Assembly: GCF_001194135.2 (NCBI RefSeq)
Contig: NC_068984.1
Coordinates: forward strand, 32,865,819-32,929,818
Length of the DNA: 64,000 bases
Source: Octopus bimaculoides
Lineage: Eukaryota
Reading direction: 5' to 3'
The notes under the pieces are model-generated. The model did no database searches, was not told the DNA's origin, and saw only the letters and a program-made list of their open reading frames with translations. Below are positions 1 to 12,386 of the stretch, one piece after another. The first letter of the stretch is position 1; each line of letters starts with the position of its first letter. The position numbers were made by a program, and so were the translations under genes.

Positions 1-1
1 G

Positions 2-39
<38 letters not shown>

Positions 40-399
40 TATAATCCACAAGCAATACCTCACCAAAACACAAAGGGTAAATTTTCTAAATAATAATTAA
101 AGAACATCAAGAACAATTTATTCCTAATTAGAAATTTCTATACAAAAATTCCCTCACCAAAAGCTGACACGCCTAAAGAAACAAACTTAATGACAAACTT
201 AATGACAAACTTTTATATGCATGACTGAACTTTGAATAACAACTTCAACTTTCCCAAAACAAACAGCTTAAATCTTCACAACAGTGTTTAGATAGCATTA
301 ATAACATTATTGAAGTCTAAGAAATAACCCGAGGGACTGTAACTGACACACATATAAAGATAAAACGGATTGGGAAGTTTTACATACATGAATGAACTT

Positions 400-620
400 T
401 GGACTATAACACAACTTCAATTTTCATCCAACTACAACCTATAATATCTCCATGCACATATGTATGCATATTTTATGCATCAAGGCCAATCATATTCCTT
501 TCTTTATTTACATCATTATCTTCATATCAGCTGACCTGGATTCCTCTTATAGCCACTCTTTACCCAGCGGATTTAATGTTTGGAGTGAAAGTTCAAATCC
601 TTTTAGGACTACTACGTGTT
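400..620 (+). mobile_element. Possible highly decayed Penelope-like RT thumb remnant
   Basis: Across frameshifts reads YASRP..YLHHYLH..SYSHSL..RI, loosely like the Penelope LYxKPTD..YLH..IPYSQALR motif; weak. Confidence 0.3.
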
Positions 621-727
621 TTCTGTATTAAACATTCCTGGATCTCACTTATTTACTCTCCCTCACCCTTTCTCTCTTTCTCTCTCTTTGTATATAGATA
701 TATATAATTGTTTACACACAGAATCAT

Positions 728-892
728 GTGCGAGTATGTAACAAGAAGTTTGTTTCCTTACCACAAAGCACCAGATTCTGTGTCACTGCGAGGGAACTTG
801 GGCAAGTGTCTTGTACTATTATATTATGTCCCTGTCTGTCCCAAACGTTGTGAATGGATCTGGTAGACATAAAAAGAGAAAGAATTCTGTCG
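728..892 (+). mobile_element. Decayed tRNA-derived SINE, family A (5' module)
   Basis: Shares TTGGGCAAGTGTCTT-TACTAT and CCAAA..TTGTGA-TGGAT-TGGTA blocks with the intact copy at 57763-57925; followed by a (TG)n tract. Confidence 0.75.
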
Positions 893-983
893 TGTGTATG
901 TGTGTATGTGTGTGAGTGTCTGTGTGTGTGTGCATCGTTGGCGATTTTCTTTCTCTGTCTTCCTCTCTTTGAACTTTTCCTAT

Positions 984-1018
984 ATTTCTGACGAAGAGCT
1001 CCGCTCGAAACGTGAAAT
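984..1018 (+). ncRNA. Minimal type I hammerhead ribozyme motif (Penelope/retrozyme-like); this copy probably inactive
   Basis: ATTT-CTGACGA-A-GAGC-TCC-GCTC-GAAA-CGT-G-AAAT: CUGANGA and GAAA core, 4-bp stem II, 4-bp stem I, palindromic ACGT stem III; the cleavage-site base is G rather than H. Confidence 0.7.
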
Positions 1019-1763
1019 CCTCTTTCTTTTCTTTCCTTTCCTGAGCGTCCAATAACACTGTACTTATTCCTCGTACGCGCTTTGTTATTTTTTCGTGTTT
1101 TTTCTTGCTTGTTCATGCTTGGATTGATTGTGTGTGTGTATATATNNNNNNNNNNNNNNNNNNNNNNNNNNNNNNNNNNNNNNNNNNNNNNNNNNNNNNN
1201 NNNNNNNNNNNNNNNNNNNNNNNNNNNNNNNNNNNNNNNNNNNNNNNNTGTGTGTGTGTGTGTGTGTGTGTTTGCGTGGTCGTATCTGTGGGCTTATATG
1301 TTTGTGTTTAAAGGGAGTGACGTACGTGTGAAGGTGTGAGTCAACGACCAGATATATAAATGAATATGTCCTTAATTCTTTCTTTTCGGTCTAACGACAA
1401 CGCCCATCCTGGGGCAGATAGCCAAATGTTTTTCAACAGATGTTTATCGATTCCAGTGCTAACTATGTAGACCTTTATCAGACGTCAGAATACTCTTTGG
1501 TATTTTTCGAGGCTTCGATATATAAACGTATATCTAAATGTCAGGCACCCCAGTTACATAAGTACGCGTTTATCTGCACATACATACAGACAAGCACACA
1601 CGCAAAACTCCGGCACATATGAACATGCGTTATGCTAATACAGAAATCTAGAAATCTCAAGATTTTTGCTGACACAGACATAAACATTTTGCAGATATCT
1701 GAGCGCGGGTGTTTTGCATTCTGCGTAGGAAGAGAAAACAATAATTACTAACAGGAAAAAGAT

Positions 1764-1796
<33 letters not shown>

Positions 1797-2101
1797 NNNN
1801 NNNNNNNNNNNNNNNNNNNNNNNNNNNNNNNNNNNNNNNNNNNNNNNNNNNNNNNNNNNNNNNNNNNNNNNNNNNNNNNNNNNNNNNNNNNNNNNNNNNN
1901 NNNNNNNNNNNNNNNNNNNNNNNNNNNNNNNNNNNNNNNNNNNNNNNNNNNNNNNNNNNNNNNNNNNNNNNNNNNNNNNNNNNNNNNNNNNNNNNNNNNN
2001 NNNNNNNNNNNNNNNNNNNNNNNNNNNNNNNNNNNNNNNNNNNNNNNNNNNNNNNNNNNNNNNNNNNNNNNNNNNNNNNNNNNNNNNNNNNNNNNNNNNN
2101 N

Positions 2102-2132
<31 letters not shown>

Positions 2133-2164
2133 GTATATATATGTATATATATATATATATATAC

Positions 2165-2205
<41 letters not shown>

Positions 2206-2621
2206 TGTGTACGTATGTATACATATATGTTTATGTACGTATGTTTGTTTGTATGTGTGCTCAAGCTCGTGAATCTGTGAGTGTTACCTTTCTTATTATA
2301 ATGCATTTTCTCTTAGGACTAACTCACATAGCAGGTGTGATAATACTTATATCTATGTTGTGTATATATTTGCATCATATAAAACCAAAGCAATGACATA
2401 CATTAACGTATTATGTTTTTGCATGTGCTATATGTGTGTGTGTACGAGAATATATGTGCCTATAACTCTTTCTCTATATGTATGTATTGCATGCGTGATT
2501 TTGTATGAAATATGTGTGTCTATCTATGTCTGATATAACAATACAAATGAAAATTAAATTAAAATTTCGCAAGCCAACCAAACAGATTATACCTTAATAT
2601 ACTAACTTAGTATATAGCGTT

Positions 2622-2670
2622 GATGGTGACGATGATGTTGATGACGTAGACAACGACGACGATGATGATG

Positions 2671-2729
<59 letters not shown>

Positions 2730-2762
2730 GATGATGATATTGATGACGACGACGACGATGAT
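2622..2762. repeat. (GAT/GAC)n microsatellite
   Basis: Direct reading; source of the poly-His ORF. Confidence 0.97.
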
Positions 2763-2997
2763 AACAATATTTTTCATTCCCCACTGCGACTACGAATGCA
2801 AAAATTAATCTTCTAAATTTAATTTAACTTCATCGAACTGAAGTATTTATATGCCAACCGCTTTTGCCTGGTAATCGTCGGGATTAAAATAGGAAATAGA
2901 AAGAAAACACAAATAGGAAAAAGAATAAGATGCGAACAGTTGAATGAAAAAAAAAATATATATATTAAGAAATCATATTAATAACTATTTTAATAAT

Positions 2998-3053
2998 GTT
3001 GATGATGATGACCATGATAATTACGATGACGACGACGATGATGATGATGACGT

Positions 3054-3084
<31 letters not shown>

Positions 3085-3094
3085 GATAACAATG

Positions 3095-3141
<47 letters not shown>

Positions 3142-3160
3142 TGGGATGGTGGTGACGACG
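2998..3160. repeat. Compound (GAT)n-(AAT)n microsatellite
   Basis: Direct reading; source of the poly-D/N, poly-I and poly-S/L ORFs. Confidence 0.97.
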
Positions 3161-3833
3161 ATGCACAAATACTAATTAGATTTGAAGTAATTATTGGTTT
3201 CATTCTATAAATCATTTATCACGATAGTTGAATGAACAGTCATAATCGGAAGATTTGCGAAGTCTCACTTCGCAACTCTACCTCCATACTGTCACATATT
3301 CACTTCCCTTATTTTGTTTTGCATTTCCATATTTTCGCCCATAGTCTCACGCTTTAACTCGCCTACTTTATATCTCATTTTCACCACCTATGGTATAATC
3401 GTTGCACACACTTTTGCATTTTGTATATTTTTTTATTTGGTTTCCATTTCTTCGAATTTGTGTGTAACAGAATAGTACTATACACAACAGCGGAAAGACT
3501 TTTATGCAGTCACATGCTATTTTTATCGCATCATCACCAACGGCCACCTATTCGACAACCAACTTTCAAAATACGGATGAAATTACAATATGCACATATA
3601 AGCCTGTGTCACAATTTGAACTGGAATGCATAAGAATATATATAAGAATATTATATCAGTATAACGCTAATGAAAATTCAATATACCAAAGATAAATCGT
3701 AAGTTTCTACACAAAACGTACAAAATTCCATGGCTAAAGGTCAGAATCTAATTCACTTTCCTACATGCTACAAACACATAGAAAATATGCTTAAATTGCA
3801 AACAAGAATAATGGACAATTATTATTATAAATG

Positions 3834-3835
3834 TA

Positions 3836-3892
<57 letters not shown>
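3834..3892. repeat. (TTA)n microsatellite
   Basis: Direct reading. Confidence 0.97.
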
Positions 3893-4049
3893 TTACATTT
3901 TCATGTCAGTTTTGAAATTTTGAGTTTCGTTATTGCTATTTAGCTACAAATTGGATTTATTCGATATATATATATATATAACTTTGCTCCTTTGGTAACA
4001 GATACAATACTTATCTTACCAAAATATTCGGTAGATATTTAAATACGCA

Positions 4050-4676
4050 NNNNNNNNNNNNNNNNNNNNNNNNNNNNNNNNNNNNNNNNNNNNNNNNNNN
4101 NNNNNNNNNNNNNNNNNNNNNNNNNNNNNNNNNNNNNNNNNNNNNNNNNNNNNNNNNNNNNNNNNNNNNNNNNNNNNNNNNNNNNNNNNNNNNNNNNNNN
4201 NNNNNNNNNNNNNNNNNNNNNNNNNNNNNNNNNNNNNNNNNNNNNNNNNNNNNNNNNNNNNNNNNNNNNNNNNNNNNNNNNNNNNNNNNNNNNNNNNNNN
4301 NNNNNNNNNNNNNNNNNNNNNNNNNNNNNNNNNNNNNNNNNNNNNNNNNNNNNNNNNNNNNNNNNNNNNNNNNNNNNNNNNNNNNNNNNNNNNNNNNNNN
4401 NNNNNNNNNNNNNNNNNNNNNNNNNNNNNNNNNNNNNNNNNNNNNNNNNNNNNNNNNNNNNNNNNNNNNNNNNNNNNNNNNNNNNNNNNNNNNNNNNNNN
4501 NNNNNNNNNNNNNNNNNNNNNNNNNNNNNNNNNNNNNNNNNNNNNNNNNNNNNNNNNNNNNNNNNNNNNNNNNNNNNNNNNNNNNNNNNNNNNNNNNNNN
4601 NNNNNNNNNNNNNNNNNNNNNNNNNNNNNNNNNNNNNNNNNNNNNNNNNNNNNNNNNNNNNNNNNNNNNNNNNNNN
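4050..4676. other. Assembly gap (N-run); other large gaps at 1797-2101, 32370-32933, 34458-35358, 54838-55109, 61236-61852, 62567-63221
   Basis: Runs of N, most flanked by (TA)n or (CA)n microsatellites. Confidence 1.
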
Positions 4677-4899
4677 TATATACGTACATACATACATACA
4701 TACATACATACATACATACATACATACATACATACGCATGAAAAGATTCACAGTACTGAAATGTACACTGTCTAATTTAAGACAATTGGAATATAATAAT
4801 GCATTGGGAGAACAGCTGGGCTGTGTTTCGGTCCACCGGTATGATTTTTGTTTTATTTTTTATATTTCACACTGGATTCTGTTATGAAGAAATCGATTG

Positions 4900-5290
4900 A
4901 CTGCAAGAGATAAGTTAACCTAGTGAATTAGGCATTGCTTTCATGTACCAGGCAAATCTTGTAGATGTGGACTTTCCGAATGAGATCGCACCAATTCAAA
5001 TAGCCGTAATAAACTGAGGATAATGAACTAGCCTGAGACATGCTGAAAATTAGCAAGAAATATACCAAAGCCATATGGAGAGCTTAGCTTAGATGTAACT
5101 TGCAAATGCGTATAATTTGGCAGGTTGTACCACTATCTCGCAAGTAACTGCAGTGGTGAGCAGACATTAAGATGTCGTCTTTCCACACTTGGCCCATCGG
5201 AATATCATGGATTTGAGAACTGTGGAAAAAGACAGGATTGGTGGGAATGGCTGGGAGTGACAACTGCGCTAGTATTCTTTTGGAATTCAT
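4900..5290 (+). mobile_element. Decayed RTE-clade LINE RT remnant
   Basis: Frameshifted pieces LVDVDFPNEIA (cf. LxDLDFADDIAL), IWRA..LQMRII, GISWI..ELWKKT and WEWLG match RTE RT C-terminal motifs. Confidence 0.55.
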
Positions 5291-5304
5291 TATGAGTTGA
5301 CTAC

Positions 5305-5422
5305 ATCAGAGCTAAATGAAAAGAGTTGTTTTGCTCAAAAACACAATGCGCCTACCTGACTCAGGGTTCAAACCCATGACCAAACGATTAAGAGCGCAAC
5401 ACTCCATTCCGTAGACTGCACC
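5305..5422 (-). mobile_element. tRNA-derived SINE fragment, family C
   Basis: Reverse complement has a B-box-like GGGTTTGAACCC followed by a TTGAGCAAAAC core like the forward copy at 8818-8910. Confidence 0.55.
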
Positions 5423-6840
5423 TTCAGATACAACGAAATAATTTGCACAGAAGCACACATCGTGACATGCTGAAGATGGGTATGATGTAGAATGGGGTAT
5501 CTATTACAGATTTGGGAAAGCATCTGGAATTAAAAAAAAAAAAAAATCACCAAATTTCGTTAATGTCATATGCTGAAATTGCAAACAAAATCTTATTTCA
5601 CGAAACTGTTTTTGCCCATACAATCTACACTCATTCACATTTATTTGTGTCTACTCGCCGCCAAAGTAAAAATAATAATAATTTTGTAAAGTAATACTGT
5701 TTTACTTCATATATGTTACAAGTGCACCAAATGATCCGGTTAATGTATTGGTACATTTCTTAATAAATGACAAATAGCTGCTGGTAGTAACGTTGTTTAT
5801 ATATGCACGTGACTTTCATACGTAACTGATATTTGCTTCCTTATTCTAAAGATAAACCGTTCCAAACAACACTATCTAAATTGAATTCGATACTTAACAC
5901 CTTAATACTAATGCATTTCTCCCTTCCGAGTGTCTTTTCTCGCAACTGTATTTCGTTATATTTCTTAATTCTCCTTCGTCTCTACAACAGTTTGTTTGTG
6001 TTTGTATTTCATTCATTAATTTCTCTTTTATGTATGGAAACAAACGCCTTACGAAACAAAAACGTGATAAAGATATGAAGGTGGAAAAAAAAACACAAAA
6101 AGATAAGAATAAAATATACCTGTTTTATTTTAGGAGAAAATCAGGTGTTAAAATTTGATTAATAATAAAAACACCATCGTTCGCGTGCCACAAAAGAGAA
6201 CAACAGTAACAACAACACCAAGAATATAAATAAATAAATAAATAAATAAATAAATATATAAATAAATATATCCTTTGCTAGCTATGACTTCCTACAACTA
6301 TATTTGCAGGTTTATTAATGCATTATGTTCATGTTACGAAACGAATTCCAGTAAAAAGCACAAACGTATGCTGTGTTCATACAAACACAGTGTTTTGAAG
6401 AAATAAAAATAACTTGAACAGATGACATAAAGAGATATCTTGGGAAATCTTTAGAATTAGCATTGGGAAAAAAAGAAATACGAAGGTGCACTATTTATGA
6501 TATACCCAACACCTTTAACGATATAAGTGCTCTACTGTAGTGCATTTTCAAACACGAACTGGATATCTTTCTGTGGTTTGCAGGTCACAGAAACACCTAT
6601 CTCAGCAACATCTATGAATTTAGCCTGCGTTGATTAGAAATTTAATCCTAGCAGATGGTTACTAAAATAACCACTACTAGAGGATTTTCTAGAAGGGCAA
6701 TGTGTACAAAATGTAACTATTTCTTTTTTTTTTTATCATGAAATCAATAATTGCTAATGATTAAGAAATGTTTTATTTCTGAACTAGATCGATATTTCAC
6801 ATTAGTTTATTTGATATTACCCCATAAATACATACACGGA

Positions 6841-6841
6841 T

Positions 6842-6915
<74 letters not shown>
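6841..6915. repeat. (ACT)n microsatellite
   Basis: Direct reading. Confidence 0.97.
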
Positions 6916-6916
<1 letters not shown>

Positions 6917-7219
6917 ACATCACAAGCATATCCACAAACAGTGAGCCATAATCACAATCGTAATGTATTTGTGCATAATTTTTTGGACATAGGATCTAAG
7001 AGTTCATTTAAGCAATCCCTTGCTTAATTTCAAGTGCAAAATGCTTTTACTGTAATGGTTGTTAATTTTCACAGTATTCATGACAACTGTAAACTGAGCT
7101 AGAATTCACTCGGATGTCACGTGTGCATAATTAATCATTTCTTACATTAGCATTGGTTTAGTTGAGTTGTTAGCGTGATTTATTGTATGCTTGGCATAAA
7201 ACCATCAGTATTCAAATCT

Positions 7220-7560
7220 CACCGAAGACAACTTAGCATATTGGAGTTCGTTAAAGGTATCAATCTCTGGTGATGAATGGACGGAACGCTAAAAACTTCC
7301 ATTTGAATGCCCGGTGGTATTTGCTCCGGATCTTTGTGTTCTTCATTCAAGTTCCACCATAGCCTCTTTGTGTAAAGACTTGATCCTTTGCCTATGGTAA
7401 TATTACCATCTCGAGTGACTTGAGTTGAATTCACTCTGTTGCAATCATTCGGGAAAACTCTCGATTTGAGGATATTTTCCTTCCATAAGTCTCAGATACC
7501 CAGTAAATTATCCTGGTCATTGCTTCCACTTCTTACAAAAACATCGTCCATTCATGAATT
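7220..7560 (-). mobile_element. Possible decayed LTR-retrotransposon (BEL/Pao-like) RT remnant
   Basis: Minus frame reads MDDVFVRSG...LWKENILK...TKRLWWNLNEE, loosely like YMDD...KxLGLxWN; has stops, weak. Confidence 0.3.
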
Positions 7561-8025
7561 TGTGAAAAGTGTTAGCGAAGTAGGTATATGATTGAAACCC
7601 AGAATATGCACCATTCGCATGACCATTGACTTATGTTATCTACTTACATTTCTTCTTTGATGTTCCTAAGGGTATCGATTTCTCATAAAATTACAACTAT
7701 TTCTGTACCCAAACAACGAAAATAATTTTTTTTAAATACATCGGAAACAACAACAGAGTTTCTATAAAATCAGGTGATCTACTATAAATAGCAAGCAGAT
7801 ACAGTATAATTAGTACCCATTATCTTAAGAAAGGAAATAGAATAAAATGAGGATAGGATTCACTATGGCTGAAAAATTGCCTTCTGTATTGTTTGTCTGG
7901 TGAGGCTTCATCTGAATCAAATACAATCAACAAAAATAATATAACATTTCTAGTTACAAAAGGCTTTCATGATATTTCAATTATTTAATAACTGTGTTCT
8001 AAGTGCATATGTGTGTGTGTGTATG

Positions 8026-8078
<53 letters not shown>

Positions 8079-8092
8079 ATGTNNNNNNNNNN

Positions 8093-8151
<59 letters not shown>

Positions 8152-8299
8152 TAAAAAAAACATATCAGAAAGAAGTACACTCTAGAAAATAGAACAGTAA
8201 TTATTACAACAAAATTTTATATAGTGTTACCCAAGTTTTCGCACCCAGTGATTCAAGCCTTGTGGACAGCTCGTTGATTATATGAACACAAAATTTTAA

Positions 8300-8675
8300 A
8301 ATATCTACGTTGCAGACGTAAGGAAACGCTCAGAATTCGAGGAATACGAGAAAACGTTAATGAGTACGGGTTATTTCCCCTTAATCAGAAGGCGAAAAAG
8401 AAACCTTTAGAGACTCGGAAGAGGCCTAACGAGCAAACGGGCGATCCAATTTTCTAGTAAATAGCGCTCGAAGTGGATACATTTAGAAAACACTTCTTTA
8501 CGGCTGTTTCATATGCCAGGCTTCTTATAGTCTTTAAGAATTTTGGTTTTCTCCGCTATGCAGACCTTGCAATGGCTCCTTCCATTAATATACGGGCCCG
8601 GATAATCAATTAATCTCCACCTGACATCACACGGGGTCACTTCATCTTTGAGGTGCCACACATGGCAGGCCAGGG
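8300..8675 (-). mobile_element. Penelope-like element fragment: GIY-YIG endonuclease C-terminus plus 3' UTR
   Basis: VTSLACHVWHLKD..VRWRLI..PYINGRSHCKVCIAEKTKIL..*NSRKEVFSKCIH matches the Penelope TSLSKHIWxLKD..CxLCxxEK..LLNxRSE..KCxH tail; truncated by a (CATA)n tract. Confidence 0.85.
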
Positions 8676-8683
8676 ATGTGACA

Positions 8684-8816
8684 AACATACATACATACAT
8701 ACACACATACATACATACATACATGCATACATGCATACATACATGCATACATACATACATACATGCATACACGCATACATACATACACGCATACATACAT
8801 ACACACATACATACAT
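8684..8816. repeat. (CATA)n/(CATG) variant tetranucleotide microsatellite
   Basis: Direct reading. Confidence 0.95.
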
Positions 8817-8817
8817 A

Positions 8818-8910
8818 GTGGTTAGTCGTTGGATTCCCGGTGACGCGTTTTATCCCTCAGCAAGATATTTTATTTCACTTTGCTTCAGTCGACTCAGCTG
8901 GCAAAACCTG
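8818..8910 (+). mobile_element. tRNA-derived SINE fragment, family C
   Basis: GTGGTTAG A-box-like start, GGATTCCCGG B-box-like segment, then CTCAGCAAGATATTTTATTTCAC...ACTCAGCTGGCAAAA core. Confidence 0.55.
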
Positions 8911-8927
8911 AGACCTACGTGCATATA

Positions 8928-9402
8928 TCATCATCATCATCCTCATCATCATCATCATCCTCATCATCATCATCCTCATCATCATCATCGTTTAACGTCC
9001 GCCTTCAGTGCTAGCATGGGTTGGATTATTTGACTGGGGATTGGCGAACCAGAAGACTGCACCAGGCTCTAATCTGATCTAGCAGAGTCTCAACAGCTGG
9101 ATGCCCTTCGTAAGGACAACCACTCCGAGAGTGTAGTTGGCGCTTTTACGTGCCACCGGCACGAGGGCCAGTCAGGCGGTACTAGCAACGGCCACGCTCA
9201 AAATGGTGTTTTTTACGTGCCACCTGCGCAGGAGCCAGCCCGGCTGCACTGGCACCGACCTCGCTCGAAAGTTCTTTTCACGTCCCAATGGCACAAGCTC
9301 CAGTCAAACAACGCTGGTAACGATCATGCTCAAACAATGCTATTTACGTGCTACTGGCTTGGAAGCCAGACATCTGGTCTGGCAATGATCACGCTCGGAC
9401 GG
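8928..9402 (-). mobile_element. Non-autonomous retroposon with RTE-like 3' tail and four internal ~65-nt tandem units
   Basis: Minus strand ends AACCCATGCTAGCAC..GGACGTTAAACGATGATGATG (RTE-type 3' end with (ATG)n tail, from recall); four TTTTACGTG-anchored units at 9144-9402. Confidence 0.75.
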
Positions 9403-9444
9403 TTATATATATATGCATATACGTGTGTGCGTGTGTGTGTGTGT

Positions 9445-9481
<37 letters not shown>

Positions 9482-11783
9482 TTATATGTTGACATAAAAT
9501 AATATGTGTTTCATATTGTACGCGAACATCATATACAAATGATATTAGCCATATATATATGAAACGGATTCAGCGATAAATCAGTATTATCTTGTCTATA
9601 TACGCAACATATACGCGAGCAAACATGAGCGAAACTTCTACGAGTTCACTTGACCACAATTGCTTCAAATGCTTCCTTGCAGTTTTAGAAATTGGAGGAG
9701 CTTAGAATATGCAGTCCTGTACATATTATTTTCAAATTTCGATAGTATTTCCCCATAAGTCAGCCCCATCAGAACTAGTGCCCTAATAGGCATGTTGTTC
9801 AATGAAATTCTTTTGTATACCTTTGATCATACGCCTAGTTTATTAAACTTAACCTGTTGCTGAGCAACTACAGCATACACATATAAGTGTCCAATGACTC
9901 TATGCTGTTATAGTTTCATAGCTTCGAGCATGTCTTGCTGCCTCAGGGATGAACTAGAGTTAAACAACAATAATATAGATTTAAAAACATTCATATTTCA
10001 TACCTGCTGAGAAAAATCCACGCATTAAGTTGACGCAAGTCATTACTCTTGACAAAGTGATAAATATAAACAACACTTTCACGAGTGAATTTCTTTCAAA
10101 ATCCTATTTCCCAGTATATTTTTTTGGCTGAAAATTCCTAGAACTAGACTTCCATTCACAATATAAGATAATTACTATTAAAATCATATTTTCACACGCA
10201 ACAGGAGTCCGCCGTTGGCATTTCTTTAAAGACTTATTGGTCCATAATTAGTTATTACCAATTGAATGGTAGAAAATACCATTTTTAGATGCCCAATGAA
10301 ATAAATAGAATATAGGTACTGGAGTAGAACAAAAGTTACAGCAACGTATTTTCGCTTATTCTATAGATAAAACCTTTACAGCCGCTTGATAAACTATTAA
10401 CAAAACTAGAAATAGCAGACAAAAAACATACAAATCACGATGTATCATCTTGAAAAATGAGGACATAGTGTACATGAAACCCTAATATAAAATATGACAA
10501 GATTGCTAAATATTGAACGTCTTTAAACATATCTTTGCCCAATTGAGGTTTGCCAGGGGTAAATAACAGCAGGAACGAATACAATAGTGGTAACAGAAAA
10601 TATAGATACAAGGAGTAAATAAAGTGAAGTTCTCAACCGATAAATTAACCCCGGTGTCACGTGCCTGTTTATTGTTACCATTCTGAAACACCTAATCAGA
10701 TAATCTCCATAGTTTTAACAATTTCTAATAGATTTGTTACATGTACTTATGTAAATATGTGCTTGTGTTTTCTTCTCCTTATTTTCTATCGATCAGAAAA
10801 GTCAAGCGCCTAAGAATAGACATTTTCGATATACATTTTTTGTCTGTTAGGAACACATATGTAAGGATATACACACGCATACATCTATATACACACAAGC
10901 AGTAGCATACTTCCATATACATTTACTTGTAATTGTGTGTGTTTAATCCATATTCAAAAGCAATGTGTTACTATGTGACCACAACGTATTTCAATATCCT
11001 TATTTGCATCTTTATTATACAGAAGTCTCACATAAGCTTAGACATAATCACATACTTATACACGCACATACGCTTAAATGTAGGTACTCACACAGACATG
11101 CACATAACAGTCTCACATATTCGTCTAGTCTCTCTTTCTCCCCCTCTCTCTCTCATCATCTCGCTCTTTACGTTTTACATTTTACCATATTGCCTTTCTC
11201 AATATTTATTGCTGCCCCACACTGAGTTTATCTAACTGCTTTTCTAAACCCGATCAGTCTTTGCTCCCCTTTCATTCCTCCTTTATATATTTCAATAACC
11301 ACAACTAGAGTTTTTTTGTGAATGTGACAGTCACGATCGTCCAATCCTCCGTTGTCTCAGTATTTCTAATATATTCTCGTTCTGTCTCTCGTTTTACATT
11401 CTCTAATTCTTTCTTCCGGTTGTGTCACAGTTTCCTTTAGATTTTCGCCATCTACTTTTCATCCTTCATTCCATCCCACACTGACCACTTCAGTATCTCT
11501 TGTATCAACCACCCAATTCCATTTCTATTATCTCCCCTGATCTCCCGCTCACATTCACATTCCCTCATATCTGTATTCTCTAGTATACACATTTTCTCTA
11601 TTTCAACCTCCTATTTCTCTTTTCTGCCGCCACAACTTTATTTCACCACATTTTATGCTATATGCAACACAATCTAGTTCCTAACATTTCTTAGTCTCAC
11701 CTCAATTTCTTCTTCTCACTGTCATATGCAACTGTTGGAGTACAAAACTCTCTTTTCATTCTCATTAATATTTCTTCCTCTGT

Positions 11784-11978
11784 AACGGCGGTGTGGTGGC
11801 AGATTCGTTAACGCACAGAGGAAGAAATACTTAGCAGCTGAGTTCAAATATCGCCGGGGATGACTTGCCTTTTATCCTTTCGGGGTCATTAAAATAAATA
11901 CCAGTTGAGCACTGGAGACGATGAAATCGGTCTACACCCTCCCTTGAAACTGCTGGCCTTGTTTCGAAATCTGAATCC
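11784..11978 (+). mobile_element. Near full-length tRNA-derived SINE, family D, with 17-bp target-site duplication
   Basis: GAGTTCAAAT B-box, central GACTTGCCTTTTATCCTTTCGGGGTC..AAATAAATACCAGTT core; perfect direct repeat AATATTTCTTCCTCTGT at 11767-11783 and 11979-11995. Confidence 0.9.
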
Positions 11979-12349
11979 AATATTTCTTCCTCTGTCTTTC
12001 TAGCTCATTAAGCCTTCCTTTTAAAATGTACGTCTCTACATTGTGACCATCCTTTGAACAATCTATCTTCCCCTCCTCTTTCTCTACAAGTATTTCGCTA
12101 TTTCATTCTTCTGTATGTACTTTCTTCTCTGTCTATTTCTGGTTATTTCTTTCTCTCACTTTCACTCTCCTTATCTTTGAAAGCAAATGTTTCTCAGTCA
12201 GTCATATTCTTCTTGACATAACTTAATTTCTTTCTATGCATTGCTTCTTTTCTATATCTGTTAGATATGCGCATAGCGAAAGATACAAGTATACACATAC
12301 GTACTCATATCCTTACAAGCTTCCACACACTGCAACAGTGATACACAGT

Positions 12350-12386
<37 letters not shown>

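Noticed and set aside
9144-9402. CRISPR-like repeat-spacer appearance
   Set aside because: Units are homologous along their whole length, lie inside a retroposon in eukaryotic DNA, and no cas genes are present.
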